A program made the position numbers and the translations under genes. The notes beneath the pieces are model-generated. The model did no database searches. It was not told the DNA's origin and saw only the letters and a list, made by a program, of their open reading frames with translations. From Desulfobacterales bacterium (GTDB lineage: Bacteria; Desulfobacterota; Desulfobacteria; Desulfobacterales; UBA5852), in the NCBI GenBank assembly GCA_963674755.2, contig CAXXVS010000002.1, forward strand, positions 2,368,001 through 2,432,000: DNA of 64,000 nt, read 5' to 3'. Below are positions 1-9,570 of the stretch, one piece after another; within the stretch, counting starts at the first letter, position 1; each line of letters opens with the position of its first letter.

Positions 1-514
1 CCACCTCCGTCATCACGCGCCCGTACGCGGCCACCCCGGCCGCCAGGATACCGCGCCGGGCTTCCCACAGGCTGCTCAGGAACAACTGCCGCCGGTCGGC
101 GCCCATGGACAGCAACGCGATACGCAGTTTCTTGTCCATGCCCTCGATGGCCGTGGCGCACAGCCCGATGACGATGGGCAGCGCCAATATGGCCTGGCCA
201 ATGGCAATGCCCGGCAGGGTGAAGAGCAGGCCCAGTTCTCCCAGGGGACCGCGGCGGGTCAGGAAGGCGTAGACCAGCAGCCCGATGAAAACCGTGGGCA
301 GGGCCATCAGGGTGTCCACGACGGTGCGGACCCCCTGCTTGCCCGGAAACTGGAAATAGCCCAGGCAGAAGCCGGTCGGGATGCCCACCATCAGACTGAA
401 GACCATGGAATAGCCGGAGGCCTGCAGGGTGGCCCCGATGGCGGAGTAGGCCTCCGGGTTGCCCGTAAAAAGCAGGCGCAGGGCCTCGAAAAAGCCTTCC
501 AGTAGAAAATCCAT
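1..514 (-). CDS. tupB: Tungstate ABC transporter permease (3' end runs off window)
   Basis: Not in ORF track. Manual translation from ATG at 514: MDFLLEGFFEALRLLFTG...LMALPTVFIGLLVYAFLTRRGPLGELGLLFT...GRVMTEV. Directly downstream of tupA. Confidence 0.9.
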   Translation of the reverse strand, partial: MDFLLEGFFEALRLLFTGNPEAYSAIGATLQASGYSMVFSLMVGIPTGFCLGYFQFPGKQGVRTVVDTLMALPTVFIGLLVYAFLTRRGPLGELGLLFTLPGIAIGQAILALPIVIGLCATAIEGMDKKLRIALLSMGADRRQLFLSSLWEARRGILAAGVAAYGRVMTEV

Positions 515-654
515 AGCTGTTTTCGCAACGGGTTAAAAAATGCGACGATCCGGACGGCATCCATTTCCCCCGCCCGCATCGTCGCATTGGTGTCAGCAGG
601 TCAATTTGCTCTCAGATCAAGTTCCCGAGGTCGATTCCCAGGAGGGGTACGCCA

Positions 655-1494
655 TTACTTGTTGGCATTGGGCGTAAAGAGCGTTTTCCCGAGCAGTTTG
701 AAGTCCCCGATGGCTTTTTGCGTCTCGGGGCTGATGATCCATTGGATAAAAGCCTGGGCCAGATCGGTCTTTACGTTGGGGCAGTGCTTCGGGTTGACGG
801 CGATCACGCTGTACTGATTGAGAAGCGCCTTGTCGCCTTCCACGAGAATTACAAGGGGGGGCTTGCCGCCCATATTGTTTTCGTACTTGATGTAGGTCCC
901 CCGATCCGTCATGGTGTACCCGTCTTTCTCGGCGGCCACATTGATGGTTTTCAGCATGCCCTGACCGGTCTGGACATACCAGCTTTCCTTCTCGGGCACC
1001 GGCAGACCGGCGGCCTTCCAGAGGGAGAGCTCTTTCTTGTGGGTGCCGGAGTTGTCGCCCCGGCTGACGAAAACCGACTTGGTGGCTTCGATGGCGCTCA
1101 GGGCATCCTTGATGGATTTCCCCTTGATGCCGGCCGGATCATTCGGGGGGCCGATGATGACGAAATCATTATACATGACCTCCCGGCGGTCCACGCCGAA
1201 GCCGTCGTCCACAAATTTCTTCTCGGCCGCCGGTGCATGAACCATCAGGATGTCCACATCGCAGTTTTCGCCCAGCTTCAAGGCCTTGCCGGTGCCGGTG
1301 GCCGTCCAGCGCAGTTCGATGCCGGTGGCGGCCTGGAACTTAGGTGCCAGATAGTCCAACAGACCGGTGTTGTCCGTACTGGTGGTGGTGGCCATCGTCA
1401 GGACTTTGTCCGCAGCCTGCGCGGAAACCGTGACAGAAACCATCAAAAGGAATGCTAACAGGGCGATGCTGATTTTGCCATTGATCCTGTACAT
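655..1494 (-). CDS. tupA: Tungstate ABC transporter substrate-binding protein
   Basis: Signal peptide plus TupA motifs ATTTSTDNTGLL, GTGKAL, VHAP, MYNDF, SRGDNSGTHKKE, GQGM, TDRGT. Confidence 0.93.
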   Translation of the reverse strand: MYRINGKISIALLAFLLMVSVTVSAQAADKVLTMATTTSTDNTGLLDYLAPKFQAATGIELRWTATGTGKALKLGENCDVDILMVHAPAAEKKFVDDGFGVDRREVMYNDFVIIGPPNDPAGIKGKSIKDALSAIEATKSVFVSRGDNSGTHKKELSLWKAAGLPVPEKESWYVQTGQGMLKTINVAAEKDGYTMTDRGTYIKYENNMGGKPPLVILVEGDKALLNQYSVIAVNPKHCPNVKTDLAQAFIQWIISPETQKAIGDFKLLGKTLFTPNANK

Positions 1495-2007
1495 GCCTTT
1501 GTCCCCTTTCGTCGATAGAGTGATTGGTTGTGGTTGGGTGGTAAGGATTGAAACATGCTTGGCGTTGATCGCTTACCGTACTGGTCGTTAAATGTCAATT
1601 CTAACAGGGGGTATGTCAAACCCGGAATTCGAATACCGAAAATAACCCCAACGGATTAAAACAGATATGGTGGAAGGTTTGGAGCAGAAGAGGCTCTTGC
1701 CCAAGCAACCCCGCCGGCGTCCCCCCGGGTATCGCAATCGGTTATCCGCTGCCAAAGCTGCCGCCCTAAGACAGGGACGGATGAATTTCCGCATTTGGGC
1801 CACACTTTGCATCGGCGCTGACATTGTCAAGCGGTCCGAGGGGTGTTCCCTTAGCATGGTGCCGGTTGAACACATTATTGCAGCCCCTAACCAAATCGGC
1901 TCTACGCTTTTCATCGCCATTAAAAGCTGTATACTGACAACAACGATAAACCATATGGTCGTTGCAATTCACCAGTCACAGTTTTTGATGCGGCGGGGAC
2001 ACACACC

Positions 2008-2454
2008 ATGGGTGCAAAGCCTTCTTATCGGGAATTGGAAGAACGCCTCCAGGCCGTCGAGGAGCATGGTCGCTATCTGAGGGTCATCATCGATAACACC
2101 ACGGATCTCATCAGCCAGCATGACCCCAGGGGAGTGCTTATCTATGCCTCGCCCGCGGCCTTTGATTTAACGGGCTATCGGCCGGAGGAGCCCGTCGGTC
2201 GGAGTGCCTATGACTTTATTCATGCGGATGATATCGGAAATGTCCGCCGGAGCCACCGCCAAATTCAGAAGGCCTCCGTCGTCACCTCGGTGATCTATCG
2301 GTTCCGGCACAAGCGCGGGCATTTTGTATGGTTGGATTGGAATCAAATCGAGAACTACATCCGCGACCACTCGGCGGCGGAATTCAGCCACAGTTTATGC
2401 GCCGAATGTGCCAAACGGCACTACCCGGAGTTGGACCTTGATTCCGAGAAATAG
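2008..2454 (+). CDS. PAS-domain protein with truncated C-terminal Cys/His motif
   Basis: KPSYRELEERL coiled-coil start, PAS-like YASPA...GYRPEE..GRSAYDFIHADD, and tail WNQIENYIRDHSAAEFSHSLCAEC. Confidence 0.7.
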   Translation: MGAKPSYRELEERLQAVEEHGRYLRVIIDNTTDLISQHDPRGVLIYASPAAFDLTGYRPEEPVGRSAYDFIHADDIGNVRRSHRQIQKASVVTSVIYRFRHKRGHFVWLDWNQIENYIRDHSAAEFSHSLCAECAKRHYPELDLDSEK

Positions 2455-2497
2455 GTTCCGGCGCCCGTCGTGAAAAGAAGATAAAGGCGGTCCTGCC

Positions 2498-3715
2498 ATG
2501 CCCCAATCCTATATCGGCTTTCCCCAAGCCCTGAAACTGACCCTCGCCGGCGTCAGCCCCCTGACGCCCGAGAAGCGCGCCTTGGCCGACGGCCTGGATG
2601 CCGTCGCTGCCGAGGATATCTACGCCACGGTCGATTCGCCTTCAGCCCCCACATCCCTCAAGGACGGTTATGCCGTCCGATCCTCGGATATTGCCGGGGC
2701 CTCAGCGGAGCATCCCGTCCGGCTCGTCGTAACCGGTGGCAAAGCGGCCGCCGGCGCGCCGAAACGGGAAAACGTCCCTGCCGGCGCGGCCGTCCGCATC
2801 CTCACCGGCGGCCGTCTCCCGCAACAGGCCGATACGGTGGTGGCCGAAGAATTCGCGGGCCTTGCAGACGACGGCATCGTGGTGGATCAAGCCCTGGCCG
2901 CCGGGCGCAATGTTTTGCCGCAAGGCACCGATGTGGCGTCCGGCGAAAAGGTGGCGGCGGCCGGGGATCGGCTGACACCGGGACGTCTGGGCCTGATCGC
3001 GGCCGCCGGCCGTGCCCGCGTCCGGGTCCACCGAAATCCGCGGGTCGCCGTTATCGCCACGGGCGACGAAGTCCGCCTGCCCGGCACCCCGCTGGCCCAA
3101 GGCCAGCTCTATGCGAGCAATGCCGTCACCCTGGAGGCCTGGTGCCGGCGCTTCAACTGCGCGACCGTATTGACCATCGTTCCCGATCGACGCGAGACCA
3201 TCCTGGCCGCGCTGCAGAGGGCCGTCCAAACCTGCGATGCGGTGTTGACCAGCGGCGGGGCCTGGTCCGGCGAACGCGACCTGGTCCGCCAGGCCCTTGA
3301 AGAGCTCCGCTGGCAGATGGTCTTCCACCGGATCCGCCTGGGGCCCGGCAAGGGCACCGGCATGGGTCTGGTCGGCCAATGCCCGGTATTCATGCTGCCC
3401 GGTGGGCCGCCTGCGAACCTGGTCGGCTTTTTGAAACTGGCTTTGCCGGCCCTGCGCAAGATGGGTGGGCATCAGGACGCCGGCCTGGCGGGGCAGCGTG
3501 TCCGCCTGGAGCGCGAAGTCCGCGGCCGGCAGGGGTGGACCCAGGCCGTGTTCGGCAATATCCTTGTGAACGGCGAGGGCTGCCGCTTGTTTCAGCCCGA
3601 CCGGCAGGCCAGCCGGCTGAAGTCCATCGGCCAGGCCCAGGCCCTGTTGACGATCCCCGAGGGGATCGATCATATGGCGGCCGGGCTTGCGGTAGAGGTG
3701 GAGATGCTTGCGTGA
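2498..3715 (+). CDS. moeA: Molybdopterin molybdotransferase MoeA family (divergent motifs)
   Basis: DGYAVRS, ILTGGRLP..ADTVV, ATGDEV, TSGG.W.GERD, LPG motifs; 405 aa; adjacent to mobA and tup genes. Confidence 0.88.
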   Translation: MPQSYIGFPQALKLTLAGVSPLTPEKRALADGLDAVAAEDIYATVDSPSAPTSLKDGYAVRSSDIAGASAEHPVRLVVTGGKAAAGAPKRENVPAGAAVRILTGGRLPQQADTVVAEEFAGLADDGIVVDQALAAGRNVLPQGTDVASGEKVAAAGDRLTPGRLGLIAAAGRARVRVHRNPRVAVIATGDEVRLPGTPLAQGQLYASNAVTLEAWCRRFNCATVLTIVPDRRETILAALQRAVQTCDAVLTSGGAWSGERDLVRQALEELRWQMVFHRIRLGPGKGTGMGLVGQCPVFMLPGGPPANLVGFLKLALPALRKMGGHQDAGLAGQRVRLEREVRGRQGWTQAVFGNILVNGEGCRLFQPDRQASRLKSIGQAQALLTIPEGIDHMAAGLAVEVEMLA

Positions 3716-3842
3716 AGGGCGCCGTTGCCTTGGGCATGGCCGGCAAGGGCCCCGGCCCCCATGCTGCATATGGCCGCACCGAACGCCTGGGGGCCGACAT
3801 AAACCCTTAGCCCGGCAGGAGCCGAAGAAGAAGGAAACCTTT

Positions 3843-4457
3843 ATGGGCCGATGGGCCGGCATCATATTATCCGGCGGCTTGAACACCCGCATGGAAGGCC
3901 GCAACAAGGCCTTCCTCACCATTGACGGGCAGACCTTTCTGGACCGAATCGTCGCCACCCTGTCGGCCTGCTGCGGCGACATGCTCCTGGTGACCCGCGA
4001 ACCCGAACGTTATGCCGGCCATGCCGACCGAGGTCTCCGGGTCGTTACGGACATCCTGAGCGCCCGCAGCGCCCTGACCGGGATCCACGCCGGACTGGTC
4101 CACATGCAGGCGGACTATGGCCTCTGCGTGGGCTGCGACACCCCCTTGATCAAAAAGGGTGTGCTGCGCATGCTGATGGCGGCCACCGATCCTGATACGG
4201 ACATCGTGGTGCCCGCCTCCGGCCCCTATTTTCAGCCCCTGTGCGCTGTCTATGCCAAGCATTGCGCCCCGGTGATCGAAGCACAGCTTCGAAGCGGGGA
4301 TTTCAAAATCGCTCATTTGTTCGCCCGCATGCGCGTCCGGAAGATCCCCTACACGCAATTCCGCATTGTCGACGAGCGGCTCGTCTCCTTTTTCAATGTC
4401 AACAGCGAAGATGATCTGAGGCTAGCCCAAGCGGGTGATATCCCGGATATCACCTGA
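3843..4457 (+). CDS. mobA: Molybdenum cofactor guanylyltransferase
   Basis: GIILSGGLNTRMEGRNKA, CDTP, QPLCAVY, FFNVNS. ATG at 3843 follows AAGGA. Confidence 0.88.
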   Translation: MGRWAGIILSGGLNTRMEGRNKAFLTIDGQTFLDRIVATLSACCGDMLLVTREPERYAGHADRGLRVVTDILSARSALTGIHAGLVHMQADYGLCVGCDTPLIKKGVLRMLMAATDPDTDIVVPASGPYFQPLCAVYAKHCAPVIEAQLRSGDFKIAHLFARMRVRKIPYTQFRIVDERLVSFFNVNSEDDLRLAQAGDIPDIT

Positions 4458-4492
4458 CCGGAAGGGGTTTTGAAACCGGTCTTCCGGCACCG

Positions 4493-7400
4493 TTATGCCA
4501 ACAGGTTTTCCAGGGATTCCTTCAGGGCCCGCATGCCGTGGCGGATGGCGTCGCGCGACGGGGCCGGGCCCCGCAGCCAGGCCCAGATCCCCTTCTGCGC
4601 GGGAACCGTCGCGGCGGGGATCAGCTTGCGCAGGACGATGCGGCGGCGCCCGGCATAGATGCAGATCGAGGGGACCAGGGGAAACAGGCGCGCGGTTCTG
4701 ACCCGGGTAATCTCGTCTTTGGCCAAAAAGTAGCGTTCCACCGGCGTTCCCACGGAAACGCCCTCCGGGGTGATGTCGACCCAGTAGCCTTCGCGGCTGC
4801 GTTTGGCCATGAAGAAAATCAGGCCGATCCAGGTGGGGATCAACAGCAGGGCCAGCACCCCCAGGGCTTCCAGTGCCGCGCCGATGTAAAAGACGCTCGC
4901 CTCGATGACCAGCTTGAGTACCGAGGGCGCCTGCAGGGCGGCACCGGCCAAGCGGGCCGTAAAGGCCGGCGCCAGGGCCTGGAGCCCGGCCGCCAGCGCC
5001 AGGACCTGAACCACAGCGATCAGCAGCAGGGCCAGGCGTGCGTACCGGCGTCGGGAAAAGAAAAAGGCCTCCCCGCGGGGGGCGTCTTTCCAGCGCGGCC
5101 CCCGAAAGGCCGAAATGACATAGTAGCGCACCCCCTCGAAGAGGGCGTACATGACCGGCACCACCACCAGGGTCAGCAGCGTGGCGAAGCAGATGCCGAA
5201 GATGATCACCACCCCCAGGCCTTCCCACAATTCGTCGGTGATGGTCAGGGTGAGGATGCCCCCCACCGTGGAAATGGTGGTCGAGATGATCGGCCGCAGG
5301 CGCTGCTGGCCGCCGGCGATGATGGCCTCGAACATGTTCAGGCCGTCTTGACGCATGCGGTTGATGCAATCCACCAGCACGATGGAGTCGTTGACCACGA
5401 TGCCGCTCAGCCCCACCAGGCCGATGAAGCTCATGATCGAAAAGTTGTTGCCCGTGACGTAGAGGCCCACCATGGCGCCGACGATGGACAACGGCAGGGC
5501 CGTCAGGATGGCAAAGGGTTGGGCGATGGAGTTGAACTGGGACACCAGCAGGGTGAAGATCAGCAGGGCCGCCACGATATAGGCCAGCCGGAGGGATCCG
5601 AAGGACTCGGCCGTCTCCTCGTACTCCCCGGAAAAATCGAAGTTGTAGCCGGCGGGCAAGTCGACCCGGTCGAGGGCTTTCACCAGCTCCTGGGTGATAT
5701 CCACGGCGGAGCGCCCCCGGTTGTTGGCGGAAATGCGCACGATGCGGCGCCGGTCCGAATGGCGGATGCTGTTCAACCCCTCCCCCTGGTAATAGCGCGC
5801 AATGGTGGTGAGGGGCACCAGCTCGCCCGAATCGGAGCGGATTTTGACCTTTTCGAGCATGCGCGGGCTAGTGCGTGCTTCCGGGGCAAAACGCAGTCGC
5901 AGATCGTATTCCTTGGACACGTCCCGCTCGTCCCGGAATTGACGGATTTCCAGGCCGGCCGTGGCGCCCCGCAGGGTAGTGGCCACGTACTCCAGGGGGA
6001 TGCCCATGGCCGCGGCCCGCTGGCGGTCGATCTCCACCCGCAGTTCCGGGGCGGCATCGCTGAAATCATCCTTGATGTCCACGACGCCCTCCTGGTCTTC
6101 CATGATCGCGCGCACCCGGGCCGTAAGGCCGCGCAGCACATCCAGGTCGGGGCCCACGATTTTGAGCAGAATAGGCGCCGCCGTGGGCGGACCCCACTGG
6201 ATGGCGCGAAAACGGATATCGGCTCCGGGGATGGCCTGGAGGAAGGGCCGCAGGCGTTCCTGGATTTCCCGGTGCGACGCACGGGCAAACTCCTTGCCGT
6301 CCTGGAGTTCCACCGTGATCTCGGCGAAATTGCTGATCGTGCCCGTACCGACGGAGAATTCATAGGCGCTCTGGCCCTGTTGGCCCACCGTGGATACGGT
6401 CTGGACCATCTCCGGCACGTGCGCGGCCACGATGGCCTCCACCTTGCGGGCCACGGCGTCGGTCATGGCCACCTCGGTGCCCCGCGGCGTTTCCACCGTA
6501 ATGTAGATATAGTCAAAGTCCGCGTCGGGAAACATCTCCACCTTGACCATCCCTGCCGCCAGGAGCCCGAACGCGCCTCCCAGACAGAGAAAAATCATAA
6601 GAATCAACTGGAAGCGGTGGTTCAGGGCCCAGGTAACCCCGCGCACATAGAGCTTTTTGAGCTGCCGCAGATCGTCCTCCGGCCGCGCGATCTGCCCCTT
6701 CTTGACGGTGCGCTGCATGATCAAGCTCAGGATCAGGGGATTGGCCACCAGGGCCACCACCAGGGAAGCCCCCAGGGCGATGGAAACCGTCTTGGGCAGA
6801 AAGCCCATGTATTCGCCCGTCACCCCGGTCATGAGGAGCATGGGCAGGAAGGCGGCCATGGTGGTCAGGGTGGCCGAGACGACCGGCATGGCGATTTCGG
6901 CGGTGCCCTCGATCACGGCGGTGACGCGGTCCTTGCCCAGCTGGTAGTGGTGGTAGACGTTTTCCACCACGATAATGGCATTGTCCACAATCATGCCGAT
7001 GCACAGCACCAGGGAAAAGCGCACCATGTCGTTGTTGGACATGCCCAGGATCTTCAGGAACACGAAGGTCAGCAGGAGCGCAAGGGGGATCGAAAGGGCC
7101 GTGATGATGGCGTTGCGCAGCCCCATGGCGAAGTAGAGCACGACGACGACGATGATCAGGCCGAAGACCGCCGAGTTGTTCATCTGATCGAAGCCCTGCT
7201 TGATGAACTTGGCCTTTTCCGCTGTCACCGTGGCGTACACCCCGGCCGGAAAGGTCTTTTCCAGCTCGGCCAGCTTGGCCGCGACCTTGCGGGAGGTTTC
7301 GAGGATATTGGCGCCGGCCCGCTTCTTGATGGCGATGGAGACCGAAGAGACCCCGTTGACCCGGGAATGGGTGATATCTTCCGAATGCCCGTCCACCACC

Positions 7401-8176
7401 CGGGCCACATCTCCCAGGAAGACCACCCGGTCCCCCTGCCGGATCAGCGGGACCTTATTGTAGTCGTCGACATTCTTGATTTCGGTGAGGGTCCGCAGCA
7501 GCAGGCGGCGGCCTTCCACGTTCACCTGGCCCCCGGGGATATTGATGTCCGAGCGCTGGACGGCCTGGTAGACGTCCAGAAGGGTCAAACCGTACTGGCT
7601 CAGGCGTTCCGGGTCCACAAAGATCTGGATCTCGCGGATCAGGCCGCCGGCCACGTCCGCGGCCAGGACCTCGGGCATCAGCTCGATCTCGTCGGCCACG
7701 TCTTCGGTCAGCCGCCGCAGTTTGATCGGATCGATATCGCCCACCACCGAAGCGATCATGATGGGAATGTCGGAGAAGCTGACCTCGTTGACCTCCGGGT
7801 CTTCGGCGTCTTCGGGGAGGTCCTTGCGGGCGTCGGTCACCTTTTCGCGCACCTTCTGCAGGGAGCGCTCCAGATCGGCCTCGGCCTGGAAATCGATGAC
7901 CACCACCGAGACCCCCTCGGCCGAACTCGAGCGCATCTCATCCACATCCTTGAGATCGCTCAGCTCCTCCTCGATGGGGTTGGTCACCAGGCTTTCGATT
8001 TCGCTGGGGGAGGCCCCGGGATAGAGGGTGACCACAATGGCCACCGGCGCGGAGATTTCCGGCTCCCCTTCCTTGGGCAGGGACTGGTAGGCGAAAACCC
8101 CCGCCACAATGGGCAGGAAGATGACCAGCAGGCTAAAAATCAGGCGGTGGTCGATGATATAGCGGAAGAATTTCAA
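4493..8176 (-). CDS. RND efflux transporter permease (AcrB/AcrD/AcrF family) with ~200-aa C-terminal extension
   Basis: PGASPSEIESLVTNPIEE, GMIVDNAIIVVEN, GIVVNDSIVLVD, RLRPII motifs; 1227 aa. Confidence 0.92.
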   Translation of the reverse strand: MKFFRYIIDHRLIFSLLVIFLPIVAGVFAYQSLPKEGEPEISAPVAIVVTLYPGASPSEIESLVTNPIEEELSDLKDVDEMRSSSAEGVSVVVIDFQAEADLERSLQKVREKVTDARKDLPEDAEDPEVNEVSFSDIPIMIASVVGDIDPIKLRRLTEDVADEIELMPEVLAADVAGGLIREIQIFVDPERLSQYGLTLLDVYQAVQRSDINIPGGQVNVEGRRLLLRTLTEIKNVDDYNKVPLIRQGDRVVFLGDVARVVDGHSEDITHSRVNGVSSVSIAIKKRAGANILETSRKVAAKLAELEKTFPAGVYATVTAEKAKFIKQGFDQMNNSAVFGLIIVVVVLYFAMGLRNAIITALSIPLALLLTFVFLKILGMSNNDMVRFSLVLCIGMIVDNAIIVVENVYHHYQLGKDRVTAVIEGTAEIAMPVVSATLTTMAAFLPMLLMTGVTGEYMGFLPKTVSIALGASLVVALVANPLILSLIMQRTVKKGQIARPEDDLRQLKKLYVRGVTWALNHRFQLILMIFLCLGGAFGLLAAGMVKVEMFPDADFDYIYITVETPRGTEVAMTDAVARKVEAIVAAHVPEMVQTVSTVGQQGQSAYEFSVGTGTISNFAEITVELQDGKEFARASHREIQERLRPFLQAIPGADIRFRAIQWGPPTAAPILLKIVGPDLDVLRGLTARVRAIMEDQEGVVDIKDDFSDAAPELRVEIDRQRAAAMGIPLEYVATTLRGATAGLEIRQFRDERDVSKEYDLRLRFAPEARTSPRMLEKVKIRSDSGELVPLTTIARYYQGEGLNSIRHSDRRRIVRISANNRGRSAVDITQELVKALDRVDLPAGYNFDFSGEYEETAESFGSLRLAYIVAALLIFTLLVSQFNSIAQPFAILTALPLSIVGAMVGLYVTGNNFSIMSFIGLVGLSGIVVNDSIVLVDCINRMRQDGLNMFEAIIAGGQQRLRPIISTTISTVGGILTLTITDELWEGLGVVIIFGICFATLLTLVVVPVMYALFEGVRYYVISAFRGPRWKDAPRGEAFFFSRRRYARLALLLIAVVQVLALAAGLQALAPAFTARLAGAALQAPSVLKLVIEASVFYIGAALEALGVLALLLIPTWIGLIFFMAKRSREGYWVDITPEGVSVGTPVERYFLAKDEITRVRTARLFPLVPSICIYAGRRRIVLRKLIPAATVPAQKGIWAWLRGPAPSRDAIRHGMRALKESLENLLA

Positions 8177-9258
8177 GAGCTGCTCGCCGCAATGGCGACG
8201 CGGTCGCCGTCCTTGAGATACTGGGCGCCGGTGATCACCAGCTTATCGCCCGGCGCCAGCCCTTCCAGAATCCTGACAGTCGATCCGTCCACCCGTCCCA
8301 GGGTCACTTCCCGGGCGTCGGCCTGATCCCCGCCGGTCACCACGAAGACTTCCCGGCGGTTCTCCCGGAACAGAACACAGTCCTGGGGGATCATGATGGC
8401 ATCCCGGATGGCATCCACGGTGATGCTCACCATGGCGGTCAAGCCAGCCTTGAGCAGCAGGTCCGGATTGGGCACCAGGATTTCGACTTCAAACGTATTG
8501 GTATGGGAATCCGCTTTGACACCGATCTTGTCCACCTGCCCGGCAAACGCCGTCTCGGGATAGGCCTCCACCCGCACGCGGACGGTATCCGCCCTGTCGA
8601 GATGCACGTAATCCTGTTCGTTGACGAAGATCTTCACGCGCATGCGGGCCATATCCGCAATGGCCATGACCGGGTCGCCGATATTGATATTCTGGCCGAT
8701 TTCCACCAATCGTTGGGCCACCAGGCCGTCAAAGGGAGCCCCGATGACGGTCTTTTCAAGACGACGCTGGTCGATGTCCACCATGATCTCCGCCTGGGAA
8801 ACCGCCGCCTGGGTGGCTTTGTATTCGGCTTCGACCTTGTCGTAGACTTCCGGGGTGATGACTTTCTGCGGCAGCAATTGCTCCGCGCGCTGGAAGGAAT
8901 TCCTGGCCGCGGCAAACCGCGCCCGGGCCGCTTGCAGGTTGGCCCGGGCCTCGTCCAGGGATAATCGATAGTCGATGGGATCCAGCGTCACCACGGGCTG
9001 CCCGGCGGCCACGGCATCGCCTGTGTCCACCCCATAGGACTGTACGATGCCGGACACCTGGGACGACAGCACCACCTCGCGGTTGGAAACCAGGCGGCCC
9101 ACCGCCCGGACCACGATCGGCAAATCGCGGCGCGCGACCACCAGGATGTTGACCGGCCGCGGCTTGGCCTCGGCCGCCTTCTCCTCCTGGGGCGGGCGGC
9201 ATCCCGGCCACGTCAACAGGCCGGCCAGCAGGCCCAGCAAAATCAGCTTTGTTTTCAT
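8173..9258 (-). CDS. RND periplasmic adaptor (membrane fusion protein)
   Basis: Lipoprotein-like signal (WPGC), APFDGLV, ILEGLAPGDKLVITG; 4-bp overlap with the RND gene. Confidence 0.92.
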   Translation of the reverse strand: MKTKLILLGLLAGLLTWPGCRPPQEEKAAEAKPRPVNILVVARRDLPIVVRAVGRLVSNREVVLSSQVSGIVQSYGVDTGDAVAAGQPVVTLDPIDYRLSLDEARANLQAARARFAAARNSFQRAEQLLPQKVITPEVYDKVEAEYKATQAAVSQAEIMVDIDQRRLEKTVIGAPFDGLVAQRLVEIGQNINIGDPVMAIADMARMRVKIFVNEQDYVHLDRADTVRVRVEAYPETAFAGQVDKIGVKADSHTNTFEVEILVPNPDLLLKAGLTAMVSITVDAIRDAIMIPQDCVLFRENRREVFVVTGGDQADAREVTLGRVDGSTVRILEGLAPGDKLVITGAQYLKDGDRVAIAASSS

Positions 9259-9396
9259 AGGATGTCGATCGCCTCCCGCCCCATCCCTCTCGCCATCATT
9301 ACAGTTGCGTCACATGCCAACCCATCCGGGGCTATTCACAGGTGCCTCCTAATTAGTCGGCACAGCCCGCAAGAGTCAAGCGTCAAGAATCGAATC

Positions 9397-9570
9397 AGTG
9401 CCCGTCCATAAATGGTAGCGTTTGGTTTATGGCAAGGCCCGAGCGCGTTTTCCCGCCTGATCTATTCCCAACGGAGGGTGCCAACCGGAGGAATAGCGAT
9501 CTGTTTTGAGGATTGAAAACAAGCCAGAACGCCGCCAGGGGCCGAAAGATGCCGTTTGTGGATGGGCCCT
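9397..9570. repeat. Palindromic MITE-like element (family A)
   Basis: Ends AGTGCCCGTCCATAAATGG / CCGTTTGTGGATGGGCCCT, internal similarity to 39621-39803; overlaps the TAG stop of the antiporter gene. Confidence 0.65.

Noticed and set aside
1495..2007. Moco/tungsten riboswitch or small ORFs upstream of tupA
   Set aside because: No consensus structure recognisable by eye and the short ORFs lack support; an Rfam scan would be decisive.
4538..8326. 1262-aa plus-strand ORF (also 28734-31208, 46205-48511, 13582-15093, 62585-63979)
   Set aside because: Antisense shadows of well-supported genes caused by high-GC codon bias; no recognisable motifs.
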